Shown one piece after another: positions 26,944 to 35,814 of a stretch of DNA of 64,000 nucleotides; the stretch's first letter is position 1, and every line of letters starts with the position of its first letter. The DNA lies in contig JAYUGC010000053.1 of assembly GCA_043767805.1 (NCBI GenBank), forward strand, positions 1 to 64,000, written 5' to 3'. Both the position numbers and the translations under genes were made by a program. The stretch comes from Pseudomonadota bacterium. Its GTDB lineage: Bacteria > Bdellovibrionota > FAC87 > UBA2466. Below the pieces are notes generated by a model. The model searched no databases, was not told where the DNA came from, and saw nothing but the letters and a program-made list of their open reading frames with translations.

Positions 26944-28261
26944 CGAACTTACCCCCTTGATCGAAGGGCTTAGAGGCAAAAGCTAAAGTCAGCGAGAACG
27001 TCTCGTCGGCATCGGTCGGAGCTTTCATGCCGATACCAAGACTCTTTCTCAAGCGATCGAACTTGAAGCCGCCGAGATCCCGCTGAAAGACGTTGCCCAC
27101 TTCGAAATTGGTAAACCCATCCAGGAAAGACCAGATGGGCCAGCGGTACTCGAGCGTGGCGGCGACCGCGCTTTCATCGACTAAACGCGCCTGCCGGAAA
27201 CCTAAAAGCGGGCGGCTACCGCCGAGCTGCATGAGCTCCGTGAACGGGACCGGGTTGGCTGAGCCACCCGTGGGCCGCACGAAGTGACCGTCGACGGTGA
27301 GACTGAGAACCCGAAACCGTCGGTTCAGAGCGGCAAAGCCGGTTAGACTTCCGCCGTAGGTGATCCAGCCACTCCGGAACTTTCCCCGCAAAGAGAAGGC
27401 ATGCTCAAAAAGCAGGCTCGCGCGCACTCCGAACATTTCGGAAGGCCGGGAGGGCCGATCTCCCCAGCCGACTTCGACCAATTGACGTAACGAGGTGTAT
27501 CCCGAGCGAAAGCCGTTCGGGGTGGGAAATACACCCGCCGAGATTTTCGACTCGATGCCGGGATCGTCGCAGCACGAGCCGTCTTGAAAGTCCGCCGATT
27601 TGAAACCGAGCTCCGCGCGGTACCAGCCCCGTTGTGGGATCTGATTCTTATAGCCAACGCTGACTTCCGTCTTTCTTAGCTGAAAACGGGAACGATCGGC
27701 TTCAAGCGTATTCCAGCCGACGCCGTGAAAGATGAGATCCGGCCGCTGGTTCCATTGCACGGTGGTGATTAGCTGAGAGTGAGAATCGAGCTGAGCCCGA
27801 TCTCTGACGCCAAGCCCGTAATAGCGCGAGCCTCCGTAAGCGATGTCGAACGCGAACTGATGCGATTCCCAGGGAAAACGCTTTCCTTTGAAATGAAGCC
27901 CGGCGCTGGGACGAAAACCGAAGTCGAGGAGAGCCGTCGGATACAGCGTGAACTGCTGCTCTTCTCCAAAAGAGAAAAGATCGACGAGCTGAGTGGGAAG
28001 CTTGTGCTTTTCGGCGTAGCGCCCGAAGGAGTTGATCGGCCAGCGGAAGCCGTACTCAGTGACGAGATAGACCGGATAAAAAAGAACTCTCGGTATCCAA
28101 AGAAGTTTTTGCCCCGTGGTCTCGGGCGCTTCTCCCCGGCCATCGTAGTTGGGCAGAGGTCTTTCCTCGGCCGGCGGGGCCTCGACGGCACGAGCGAGCG
28201 CGGGAGCTCCCAGCAAGGCAAGAAAAACCAAGGCGCTCCCGATATTACGCATTCTTCTCAT
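26903..28261 (-). CDS. Omp85/BamA-TamA-like outer-membrane beta-barrel, no obvious POTRA domains
   Basis: Signal peptide; amphipathic strands; LGGSRPLLGF (VRGY-loop equivalent); LEYRWPI, FEVGNVF, SLGIG; C-terminal Phe. Confidence 0.78.
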   Translation of the reverse strand: MRRMRNIGSALVFLALLGAPALARAVEAPPAEERPLPNYDGRGEAPETTGQKLLWIPRVLFYPVYLVTEYGFRWPINSFGRYAEKHKLPTQLVDLFSFGEEQQFTLYPTALLDFGFRPSAGLHFKGKRFPWESHQFAFDIAYGGSRYYGLGVRDRAQLDSHSQLITTVQWNQRPDLIFHGVGWNTLEADRSRFQLRKTEVSVGYKNQIPQRGWYRAELGFKSADFQDGSCCDDPGIESKISAGVFPTPNGFRSGYTSLRQLVEVGWGDRPSRPSEMFGVRASLLFEHAFSLRGKFRSGWITYGGSLTGFAALNRRFRVLSLTVDGHFVRPTGGSANPVPFTELMQLGGSRPLLGFRQARLVDESAVAATLEYRWPIWSFLDGFTNFEVGNVFQRDLGGFKFDRLRKSLGIGMKAPTDADETFSLTLAFASKPFDQGGKFDEFRFLVGLTRAF

Positions 28262-28295
28262 TTTAGTGTGCGTCCGCTATTCTGGAAACTCTCTA

Positions 28296-29114
28296 ATGCC
28301 GTATTTTCACCGTCTGATCCGCCTTTTCCTCGTCGTCAACTTGAGCACCGCCGTGGCAAGCGCCGCCGTTCCCGAAAAAGAACGCTCGCTTCCTTTTAGT
28401 AACGTTCAATACGCCCTTTTGCCCGTGCTGCTCGTGGGCAATGTCTTCTTGGCCTATCAGGCCCCGTCCGAAAAGGCCGGCTGGAGTAGCCCCATCCTCT
28501 TCGACCAAGCGGCGAGATCGGCTTTGCGCGCCGAAACCTCCGAAGGCCGCGCCGTCGCGGCCACGGTGAGCAATATCTTACTCTACTCTCTCGTTTCTTA
28601 TCCTTATGTCGTCGACGTGGCCGCCGATGCCGGCATCGCTCAAGGGGATGGAAAGACCGCGGGCCGGTTAGCTCTGATTAACTCGCAAGCCTTCCTGGCG
28701 ACCGGCGCCGTGGTTCAGATGGTGAAACTCCTTAGCGCGCGGCAGCGGCCCTTTCAGGGAGAGTGCGCGACGGACTCGAAATACGATCCAGGTTGCGACA
28801 GCCCCGATAGCCGGCTCAGTTTCTTCAGTGGTCACACGGCTTTTGCCTTCACGGCCGCAGGCCTTATCTGCGCACATCATAAGGCCCTCGATCTCGCGGG
28901 CGGCATGGCGCCTTGCTACGTCTCTTTAGGGCTCGCGCTCGCGACGGCAATGACGCGCGTAATGGCCGATCGCCACTACGCCTCGGACGTCCTGGTGGGA
29001 ACCGTGGTCGGCTTACTTTCCGGGTTCGTACTGACGCGCGCCACGCAAAGCGAGGGATCCTACGTCGTCAATCGCTCGGCTCCTTTGAGCATGACCTTCG
29101 CCTTTGGACTGTAG
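28296..29114 (+). CDS. PAP2 family phosphatase
   Basis: KLLSARQRP (KX6RP), FSGH, TRVMADRHYASD; signal-like N-terminus. Start moved from 28149 to ATG 28296. Confidence 0.9.
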   Translation: MPYFHRLIRLFLVVNLSTAVASAAVPEKERSLPFSNVQYALLPVLLVGNVFLAYQAPSEKAGWSSPILFDQAARSALRAETSEGRAVAATVSNILLYSLVSYPYVVDVAADAGIAQGDGKTAGRLALINSQAFLATGAVVQMVKLLSARQRPFQGECATDSKYDPGCDSPDSRLSFFSGHTAFAFTAAGLICAHHKALDLAGGMAPCYVSLGLALATAMTRVMADRHYASDVLVGTVVGLLSGFVLTRATQSEGSYVVNRSAPLSMTFAFGL

Positions 29115-29132
29115 TCCAAAATCCGTTACAAT
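29103..29132 (+). promoter_or_regulatory. Candidate sigma70 promoter for the NTT gene, overlapped by a palindrome
   Basis: TGGACT-N16-TACAAT; TTTGGACT-GT-AGTCCAAA inverted repeat at 29103-29120. Confidence 0.4.
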
Positions 29133-29156
29133 AGAGAGAATCCCCCAGGAAAATTT

Positions 29157-30470
29157 ATGCCACTCTCTACGATCCGCAGCCTGGATCGCGATTCCGCGAA
29201 AAAGGTTGGACTGCTCTTTCTTTTCTTCTTTTTGATTATCGCGGCCTTCTGGACGCTAAAGCCCATGAGGACGTCGAACGTTATCAAGGCCTTCGGACCC
29301 GATTACTACCCGCTCTTCAAGCAGGGGTTCATCTTCCTGGTGCCCCTCTTCATGGGGCTCTTCACCTCGATGACCTGCTACCTGAACCGGGAACAGTTGG
29401 TCTACTTCTTCACCGGACTATTCCTCGCCACGAGCTGGGCCTTCTGGCTCGCCTTCGAAACGGTGGCCTCCCCCGCGGTGCAGATCCTCTTCTACTTCTA
29501 TGTCGATGCCTACATCACCCTGATGGTGGTGCTCTTCTTCTCTTATCTGAGCGACATCTATAAGCCGGAAGAAGCCAAAAAGTATTACGGCATCATCGGG
29601 CTCGGCGGCCTGCTGGGTGGCATCGTCGGCTCGGCCGTCTCTGGCTGGGCGAGCGAGCTGCTCGGAAACCACATCATTCTCACCATCTCCTTCTTCCTCA
29701 TTCCGATTTTCTTCATCGTGAATGCCCTGAAAGGCGTCGTTCCGCCTGCCAATACGTCGACAGTTTGCACGACGGAAGGAAAAACCGCCACGGGACGTTT
29801 CACCGAAGGTGTGACCCTCGTTTTCCGCTCTCGTTATCTACTCGCCATCGCGCTCATCGTCGGTCTTTACGAGATCATGAGCACGACCATCGATTACCAA
29901 TACACGGCCATGGCGGATGCTCGTTACACGGATCGCGCGCAGATGGCCGCCTTCCAAGGGCAAGTCGCGTTCTGGTCGAGTGTGGCTTCCGTCTTCGTGC
30001 AGATGTTCCTCACCACCTGGATTTTGCGATCGAAGGGCGTTCTCGTCGCCTTGATGATCCTTCCCGTGCTCATGCTGAGCGGCTCTTCGATGTTTCTCAT
30101 CTTCCCGATGCTCAGCGTGATTGCGTTTACGACTGGAGGAGACGCGGCGTTCTCGTACTCCATCAATCAGATCTCGAAAGAAGTGCTCTACGTGCCGCTC
30201 GATAGCGTCGCACGCTTCAAGAGCAAAGCCTTCATCGACATGTTCGTGCAGCGGGGCGCGAAGGCCGCGGGCGGCCTCGTGCTCATGGCCTACACGCTTT
30301 ATCTCCGTAAGCAGGGCTTCTCCACGAACTGGCTCATGGGCTTGAACATCGTTTGCGGCGTGGTTTGGGTCGGAGCCGTGCTCTACGCGAGCCGCGTCTT
30401 CAACGAGTACACCGCGGCGAAACCTGTCGAATCGCCGGTCGCGAAGTCGCAAATGAGCCAGGCGTCCTAA
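29157..30470 (+). CDS. NTT/TLC family nucleotide (ATP/ADP) translocase, MFS fold, no HEAT/cNMP extension
   Basis: About 12 TM; LKPMRTS, EAKKYYGIIGLGG.LGG, STTIDYQY, YSINQISKEVLYVPL...RFKSKAFIDMFVQRGAK. Confidence 0.85.
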   Translation: MPLSTIRSLDRDSAKKVGLLFLFFFLIIAAFWTLKPMRTSNVIKAFGPDYYPLFKQGFIFLVPLFMGLFTSMTCYLNREQLVYFFTGLFLATSWAFWLAFETVASPAVQILFYFYVDAYITLMVVLFFSYLSDIYKPEEAKKYYGIIGLGGLLGGIVGSAVSGWASELLGNHIILTISFFLIPIFFIVNALKGVVPPANTSTVCTTEGKTATGRFTEGVTLVFRSRYLLAIALIVGLYEIMSTTIDYQYTAMADARYTDRAQMAAFQGQVAFWSSVASVFVQMFLTTWILRSKGVLVALMILPVLMLSGSSMFLIFPMLSVIAFTTGGDAAFSYSINQISKEVLYVPLDSVARFKSKAFIDMFVQRGAKAAGGLVLMAYTLYLRKQGFSTNWLMGLNIVCGVVWVGAVLYASRVFNEYTAAKPVESPVAKSQMSQAS

Positions 30471-30512
30471 AGCTAATTTTCCGTTCCCCGGGGAATGCGC
30501 TATTCTTTCCCC

Positions 30513-30920
30513 ATGGAAAATTTTCTTCGTAGCTGCGCGCTCGCTTATTCCGCTGGCACTTTAGGCGGCATCGCCAACTTTCTCTTCGGCTTGGCCATGG
30601 GATCGCTTGGGGTGATGTCGGCCCTAGGGATTCATCTTCCCGCGGGTCCCTTTCCAGCCACCCTCTATAACAAGATGGTTTGGGGCGGAATCTGGGGAGC
30701 GATGCTCTTTGTCCCCATCAGCGGCGGCATTCTCTCTCGCGGTTTTTGGATTGGCCTCGCGCCGACGCTCATCGCGGGACTCGTGGTCTTTCCCATGAAG
30801 ATGAACAAAGGGCCGTTCGGAATTCAGCTGAGCCCGCTTATGCCGATCGTCATTATTCTCTTCAACTGGATTTGGGGAATCGTGACCGTGTGGTCGGCGC
30901 GCGAAATGGGCCTACGTTAG
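30513..30920 (+). CDS. Small hypothetical membrane protein (about 4 TM)
   Basis: Hydrophobic ORF with LYNKMVWGGIWG and FNWIWG; start 30495 or 30513. Confidence 0.7.
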   Translation: MENFLRSCALAYSAGTLGGIANFLFGLAMGSLGVMSALGIHLPAGPFPATLYNKMVWGGIWGAMLFVPISGGILSRGFWIGLAPTLIAGLVVFPMKMNKGPFGIQLSPLMPIVIILFNWIWGIVTVWSAREMGLR

Positions 30921-31541
30921 AAACGGATTTTCCCGTTTTTCTTCGCCGATACGAGTCGTCGGGCCGTGGCCCGGGTACACCACGAGATCGTCTTCGAGGA
31001 CGAATAGCCGTTCTTTAATGGAGCGGGCGAGCTGGCGTTCGTCGCCGCCCCAAAGATCCGCGCGGCCCACGCTGCGATAAAAAAGCGTGTCCCCCGAATA
31101 GACGTTCTCTTTTCCGTCCTTCAGCTTGAAGCAAATGCTGCCGGGGCTATGGCCTGGGGTGTGGATGACCTCGAGACTGTGATCGCCGAAAGTGACGAGC
31201 TCTCCGTCCTCGACGAATTTCTCGATGGCGGTCGGGTCCTGAAACTCGAAACCGAACATCTCGCCCTGCTTCTTCAAAGCATTCCACAGCATTTCGTCGG
31301 ACTTGTGCAAGGCCACGACTCCGCCGTTCACGGCTTTTACCGCAGCGGTCGCACCGAAATGATCGAAGTGCGCGTGGGTGTGAAGCAGGTACTTAATCTT
31401 GAGATTCGGCTGACCGAGCGCCTTTAAAATCTTTTGCGGCTCGTCGCCTGGATCGATGAGGACGGCCTCACCCGTGCGCTCGCAGACGAGCAAGGTGCAG
31501 TTACACTGAAGCGGTCCCACCACGATGTTCGTCTGAATCAT
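30912..31541 (-). CDS. MBL-fold hydrolase (glyoxalase II / YcbL-like)
   Basis: THAHFDH, HTPGHSPG, SGDTLF, PGHG. Confidence 0.93.
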   Translation of the reverse strand: MIQTNIVVGPLQCNCTLLVCERTGEAVLIDPGDEPQKILKALGQPNLKIKYLLHTHAHFDHFGATAAVKAVNGGVVALHKSDEMLWNALKKQGEMFGFEFQDPTAIEKFVEDGELVTFGDHSLEVIHTPGHSPGSICFKLKDGKENVYSGDTLFYRSVGRADLWGGDERQLARSIKERLFVLEDDLVVYPGHGPTTRIGEEKRENPFLT

Positions 31542-32563
31542 TAGCCGTGGCCTCCCATGAGAAAGGGCTGTCCGTCGTCCACTCGCGAGTGGGTCTGATA
31601 GCGATCGAAATAATCCTCGCAGAAGGTGCGAAGCTCGTCGACGTCCTCGGTCTCAAAGATCCGGCGGCGAAAATGAGAAGCGCCCGGATAGCCGGCGGCG
31701 TACCACGCCATGAATTTTTTCAGAGAAAGAAACGCGCGCTCCTTGCCCTTGTGCTCGATGGCCAAGTCGAAATGGCGGGTGACGAGCTTTCCGAAATTCT
31801 CCTGTTCCGCGTGGTCGTCGAGAATTTCCCGGAATACCCACGGATTTTTCAGCGCACCCCGGCCGATCATCACGCCATGGCAATAGCCTTCGTCGATGCG
31901 GCGGCGGGCTTGCGCGGCGGTCAAGATGTCGCCGTTACCTAGAATCGGAATCGGACTTTCCTGCGAAACCTCGCGAATGATGTCCCAATCCGCGAGACCG
32001 GCATAGCCTTGCGCGCGCGTTCTCCCGTGAATCGCGACCCAAGACACTCCGGCCTGAGCCGCGGCGAGCACGACTTCCTTCACGTTGATAGAGCTTTCGT
32101 CCCATCCGGTGCGGACCTTGATGGTAAGCGGAATGGAGAGCACGTCTTTGATTTGCTTTAGGAGCTCGCCCATCTTCTGTGGATCTTGGAGCCAGGCGGC
32201 GCCGCCGCCATCGCAGACGACTTTTTTCACGGGACAGCCGAAGTTGATGTCGACGAAATCCGCGCCCTTGTCTTCCACGATTTTCGCAGCGGAAACCAAC
32301 GTCTCAATCTTCGAGCCGAAAAGCTGAATGCCCACCGGGCGCTCTTCGTCGCAAAACTTCATGAGATCGAGGGTCTTCTGCCCCCCCCGCACGAGGCCTT
32401 CGGAAGAAATGAGTTCGGATACGACGACCTGAGCCCCTAACCCGCGGATGAGCGTGCGAAAAGTTATGTCGGTGATACCGGCCATCGGCGCCATCACGTA
32501 GCGCAAATCACCGAAGCGCTCGCGGAATAAACCAATAGGGGGAAGGGCCGGCATGGGGCGCAC
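31541..32563 (-). CDS. dusB: tRNA-dihydrouridine synthase DusB
   Basis: APMAGITD, DINFGCP, KVRTGW, HGRT, NGDI, MIGRG. Confidence 0.93.
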   Translation of the reverse strand: MRPMPALPPIGLFRERFGDLRYVMAPMAGITDITFRTLIRGLGAQVVVSELISSEGLVRGGQKTLDLMKFCDEERPVGIQLFGSKIETLVSAAKIVEDKGADFVDINFGCPVKKVVCDGGGAAWLQDPQKMGELLKQIKDVLSIPLTIKVRTGWDESSINVKEVVLAAAQAGVSWVAIHGRTRAQGYAGLADWDIIREVSQESPIPILGNGDILTAAQARRRIDEGYCHGVMIGRGALKNPWVFREILDDHAEQENFGKLVTRHFDLAIEHKGKERAFLSLKKFMAWYAAGYPGASHFRRRIFETEDVDELRTFCEDYFDRYQTHSRVDDGQPFLMGGHG

Positions 32564-32585
32564 CCTATCACACTACTGCGAAACG

Positions 32586-32625
32586 AAAAAAGCCCCCGCG
32601 GCCCTGCTGGCGCACGGAGGCTTTT
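32586..32625 (-). terminator. Intrinsic terminator of the 32644..33246 gene
   Basis: Minus strand AAAAGCCTCCGTG...GCGGGGGC-TTTTTT: stem-loop followed by a U-run. Confidence 0.75.
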
Positions 32626-32643
32626 CTCTGGGATGTCTGTAAC

Positions 32644-33246
32644 TTACAGGGTCGGTGGGGGGCCGATCGGAATCATCTGAACCGTGGCCGCCTGACCCAT
32701 CGGCGCCGGTTGCAACCTGATTTGGAAGATCTGACCGGCAACGCTCACATACTGAAAGAGCGCCGAGGGCATCGCCGGAGGCGACGGCGGCATCGCCGGA
32801 GGGGGGCGGAGCAGCTGATCTTCTTTAGAGAAGGTGACGGAAAGAGCAACCGACCGGCGCATTGGGATCGACATGCGATTACACATTGAGGGCTGACTCA
32901 ACGCGATTCCTTTCACCTCGAAGTTTTTCACCACGAGCGATTGTTGAGTCGGAGTCGGATATCCCTGACCGGGGATCAGCGTAATGATGGACTCGGACGT
33001 TTCCTGAAAGTACGTCGCATTCATCATGCAGGAATCTTGAATGGCGATTTCCGCCTGGAAACTTACCTTCCACAAAACTCGGCCTCGGCCGCTCGGATCG
33101 ATCACGACCGGAGCATTGCCCTGCTGAATCTGAGGATAAGGGGACAAGGCGCGCAAAAGACGGAGACTCTGCGCGTCCGATAAGGGGCTTTCCGCGAACG
33201 CGGACGTACTTACGAGAATGAGTATGGCAAGGGCTTTCAATTTCAT
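32644..33246 (-). CDS. Hypothetical secreted protein with a Pro-rich repeat
   Basis: Signal MKLKALAILILVSTSAFA; two Cys; PPAMP repeated; candidate promoter and terminator flank it. Confidence 0.72.
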   Translation of the reverse strand: MKLKALAILILVSTSAFAESPLSDAQSLRLLRALSPYPQIQQGNAPVVIDPSGRGRVLWKVSFQAEIAIQDSCMMNATYFQETSESIITLIPGQGYPTPTQQSLVVKNFEVKGIALSQPSMCNRMSIPMRRSVALSVTFSKEDQLLRPPPAMPPSPPAMPSALFQYVSVAGQIFQIRLQPAPMGQAATVQMIPIGPPPTL

Positions 33247-33305
33247 GGGGAAGCTCCGGGGGTTTAAGGGGTGGAGTGGGTGTGCTTTAGGTTGCGAGAG
33301 TGAAT

Positions 33306-33322
33306 TGCAAAGCGAAGACCAA
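33306..33322 (-). promoter_or_regulatory. Candidate sigma54 promoter; upstream palindromes at 33366-33380 and 33431-33445
   Basis: Minus strand TTGGTCTTCGCTTTGCA (GG-N10-GC); GCCGAA-CTT-TTCGGC and GTCCAA-ATC-TTGGAC upstream. Confidence 0.6.
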
Positions 33323-33572
33323 CCTAAATACACGAATGAAACAGTTGGAAAGAAAGGTGACAGATGCCGAACTTTTCGGCAAGCGCGCGGCGAGCGGAGC
33401 CCATACTGTCGGGTTACGGTGAGTTAGCCTGTCCAAATCTTGGACGCCCCTAAGGTCAGCGGGCCGATGCCCGGAAATTTCCCCGGCCCCCCTAAGAGTT
33501 AGCGGAAGGTGACCAAGAAGGGATGCTAAAAAGGTGGCGCCACGATGGCCTGGTCCAAGCCTAGGATTAGGC

Positions 33573-34571
33573 CTAAGCTTCCTTCTGCCGTCGTCTACGC
33601 TCTTTGGGATGGGCCTTCTCGTAAGATTTCTTGAGCCGCTGCAAATCGACCTGGGTGTACTTTTGCGTAGTTACCAAAGACTGATGACCGAGGAGCTCTT
33701 GAATCTCACGGAGCCCGGCGCCGCCCGAAAGCAAATGAGTCGCGCAAGAATGGCGTAGCGTGTGCGGCGTCACCTTCGCGCCGGCGGGTCCCAAGATTTC
33801 GATCGAGAAACGGCGGAGGGTTCGCTGCGTGCTCCGCACCGTGAACGCACCGCCACGGCCGTTCAAAAACAAGGGAGTATCCAATCCCTTTTTTTGAAAG
33901 GTCGGCACGGAATCGATGTAATCGCGGATCGCGTTCTGGCAATGACGGCCGAGCGGAACGACCCGTTCTTTGCTTCCCTTACCCAAAACGCGGATAAAGC
34001 CGCCGCGAAGATCGATCGCCTCGTATCTCAGGCCGATGAGTTCCGAAACGCGGATGCCGGTGGAATAAAGTAGCTCCACGATGGCCCGCATGCGTTTGTC
34101 GGGCAGGCGATCGGTCGGAATATTCTCGATGAGCTGCAAAACTTGCTCGGGCTTTAAAACGACGGGAAGCTTCTCATGCGCTTTAGGAAGCGAGATGAGC
34201 TTCGCCACGTTCTTTTTGATGTACTCTTCCCGGTGCAGAAATTTCAAAAACCCTTTGATGACCGAAAGGCGGCGCGACACCGTGGTGCGCTCATACTGCT
34301 TCATCTCGGCGGAGACGAACTCACGAAGGAGCTTCAAATCAGTCATGCGATCCAAGATCGGCGCGCTCGTCGTCTGCGAGAAGAGGAACTTCAGCCAGCG
34401 GCGCAGATCGATCTGATAGTTAACGAGGGTATGCTTGCTGGAACGACGCTCGCCTTCCAGATACGACAGATAGTCCTTAACCATCGCCGGAACGGGGACG
34501 GAAGGTTCTTTGGAGAAGAGATCTCGTTCAGCCATCGGCTTCATCTTGGTGGTCTTTTTCGGAAATAGCAA
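33573..34571 (-). CDS. xerC: XerC/XerD-family tyrosine recombinase (start may be 34544 or 34535)
   Basis: SAM-like N-domain; LYSTGIRVSEL, GKGSKER, TPHTLRHSCATHLL, LLGH..TTQKYT. XerC versus XerD not resolved. Confidence 0.85.
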   Translation of the reverse strand: MLFPKKTTKMKPMAERDLFSKEPSVPVPAMVKDYLSYLEGERRSSKHTLVNYQIDLRRWLKFLFSQTTSAPILDRMTDLKLLREFVSAEMKQYERTTVSRRLSVIKGFLKFLHREEYIKKNVAKLISLPKAHEKLPVVLKPEQVLQLIENIPTDRLPDKRMRAIVELLYSTGIRVSELIGLRYEAIDLRGGFIRVLGKGSKERVVPLGRHCQNAIRDYIDSVPTFQKKGLDTPLFLNGRGGAFTVRSTQRTLRRFSIEILGPAGAKVTPHTLRHSCATHLLSGGAGLREIQELLGHQSLVTTQKYTQVDLQRLKKSYEKAHPKERRRRQKEA

Positions 34572-34601
34572 TCCAGGGGGAATCCGGGATAGAATTTCGC
34601 C

Positions 34602-35336
34602 ATGAGTCGTCCGGTAAAAACTTTGGTTGGTCTCTTGGCCTTGTGGCTCGCAAGCCCCTTGCCCGCGAGCACCCTGCCCGGCGCGCTTGGTCCTTCCGAC
34701 GTGGGCCGCATCGTCGAGATCATCGGTATCCCCGCCGTCGCCCGGCCCTTGCGCTCGGCGGAGGCGTATGCGACCTGGCCGGGCCTGAAACTCGGCTTCG
34801 AAGTTTTAGCCATCGGAGAACGAGGGCTAAACCTTTTGGGAAATGGAACTGGTACCCTCCCCAATTTAAGTCCGGTGCCTCGTCTGTATCTCTCCAAGGG
34901 CCTTTTTTACGATTCCGAGATCACCATCAGCTTCTTCCCGACGAGCGAAGTCAATCCGGTGGCGACTCTCGGTGTCATCTTCAAATACTGTTTTTATCAG
35001 GAACAGGCGGATTGGCTGAGCATCGCGGGTTACCTCGGCTTCACGGACGTCGAAGCGTTTCGATCGCAGTACCACGGTACCGACATCGAAGTCGGCGTCA
35101 TCTTGAGTAAGGACTACGTTCGCATGAAGCCTTACCTTGGTCTCGCCATTCTCGTGGCCCGGGGAGAAGTGGACCGGGCGCTGCTGGCTTCCCGAGTTAC
35201 CGACAACGACGCGTGGCAATCGACGTTGCACGCCTTTCTCGGCACCGAGTTCGAGCTCCCGCTCACCTTCGGCGCTCAAGTGGATCTCTTCAACTTATCC
35301 TTAGGGGCGAGCTTCTTCGTCGGGAAGAAGTTTTAA
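34602..35336 (+). CDS. Hypothetical exported protein, probable outer-membrane beta-barrel
   Basis: Signal peptide, alternating beta-strand pattern, PYLG, C-terminal Phe. Confidence 0.6.
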   Translation: MSRPVKTLVGLLALWLASPLPASTLPGALGPSDVGRIVEIIGIPAVARPLRSAEAYATWPGLKLGFEVLAIGERGLNLLGNGTGTLPNLSPVPRLYLSKGLFYDSEITISFFPTSEVNPVATLGVIFKYCFYQEQADWLSIAGYLGFTDVEAFRSQYHGTDIEVGVILSKDYVRMKPYLGLAILVARGEVDRALLASRVTDNDAWQSTLHAFLGTEFELPLTFGAQVDLFNLSLGASFFVGKKF

Positions 35337-35795
35337 GCGCTCGATGAGGCTCGTGGTGGAGAACCCGGGCACTAAAGAGAGCACCCGCACTTCGCCGCCG
35401 CCCGCTTCGACGACCAGACGCTCGGGCAAATCTTCCACGCGATAATCGCCGCCTTTTACGTGGATGCCGGGCTTGACCATTTCCAGAAACGCTTCGGGCG
35501 TCGCCTCTTCGAAAATGACGACGTAATCCACGCACTCGAGGGAAGCGATCTGGCGGGCACGCACGAGCTCCGGATTGAGCGGCCGGGACGGGCCTTTCAA
35601 TCGCTTCACGGAGGCGTCGCTATTTAAGCCCACGAGTAAAAGGTCGCCCAAGGCCTTTGCCTCGGTCAGGTATTGGATGTGGCCCCAGTGCAGAAGATCG
35701 AAGCAACCGTTAGTCGTAACCAACCGTTTCCCTTGGTCTTTCACCAATTTGGAAAGCGTCGGCAGCGTTGTGAAGGAAACGATCTTCTGGTCCAC
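35301..35795 (-). CDS. rfaE2: D-glycero-beta-D-manno-heptose 1-phosphate adenylyltransferase (RfaE domain II)
   Basis: TNGCFDLLHWGH, GLNSDASVKRLKG..RP, VKGGDY, STT. Confidence 0.92.
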   Translation of the reverse strand: MDQKIVSFTTLPTLSKLVKDQGKRLVTTNGCFDLLHWGHIQYLTEAKALGDLLLVGLNSDASVKRLKGPSRPLNPELVRARQIASLECVDYVVIFEEATPEAFLEMVKPGIHVKGGDYRVEDLPERLVVEAGGGEVRVLSLVPGFSTTSLIERLKLLPDEEARP

Positions 35796-35814
35796 GGCGC
35801 GAGCTTAGCCCGGA

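Noticed and set aside
33573..34571. Tyrosine recombinase as a prophage or island integrase
   Set aside because: Size and motifs fit housekeeping XerC/D; no phage genes, att repeats or cargo boundary nearby.
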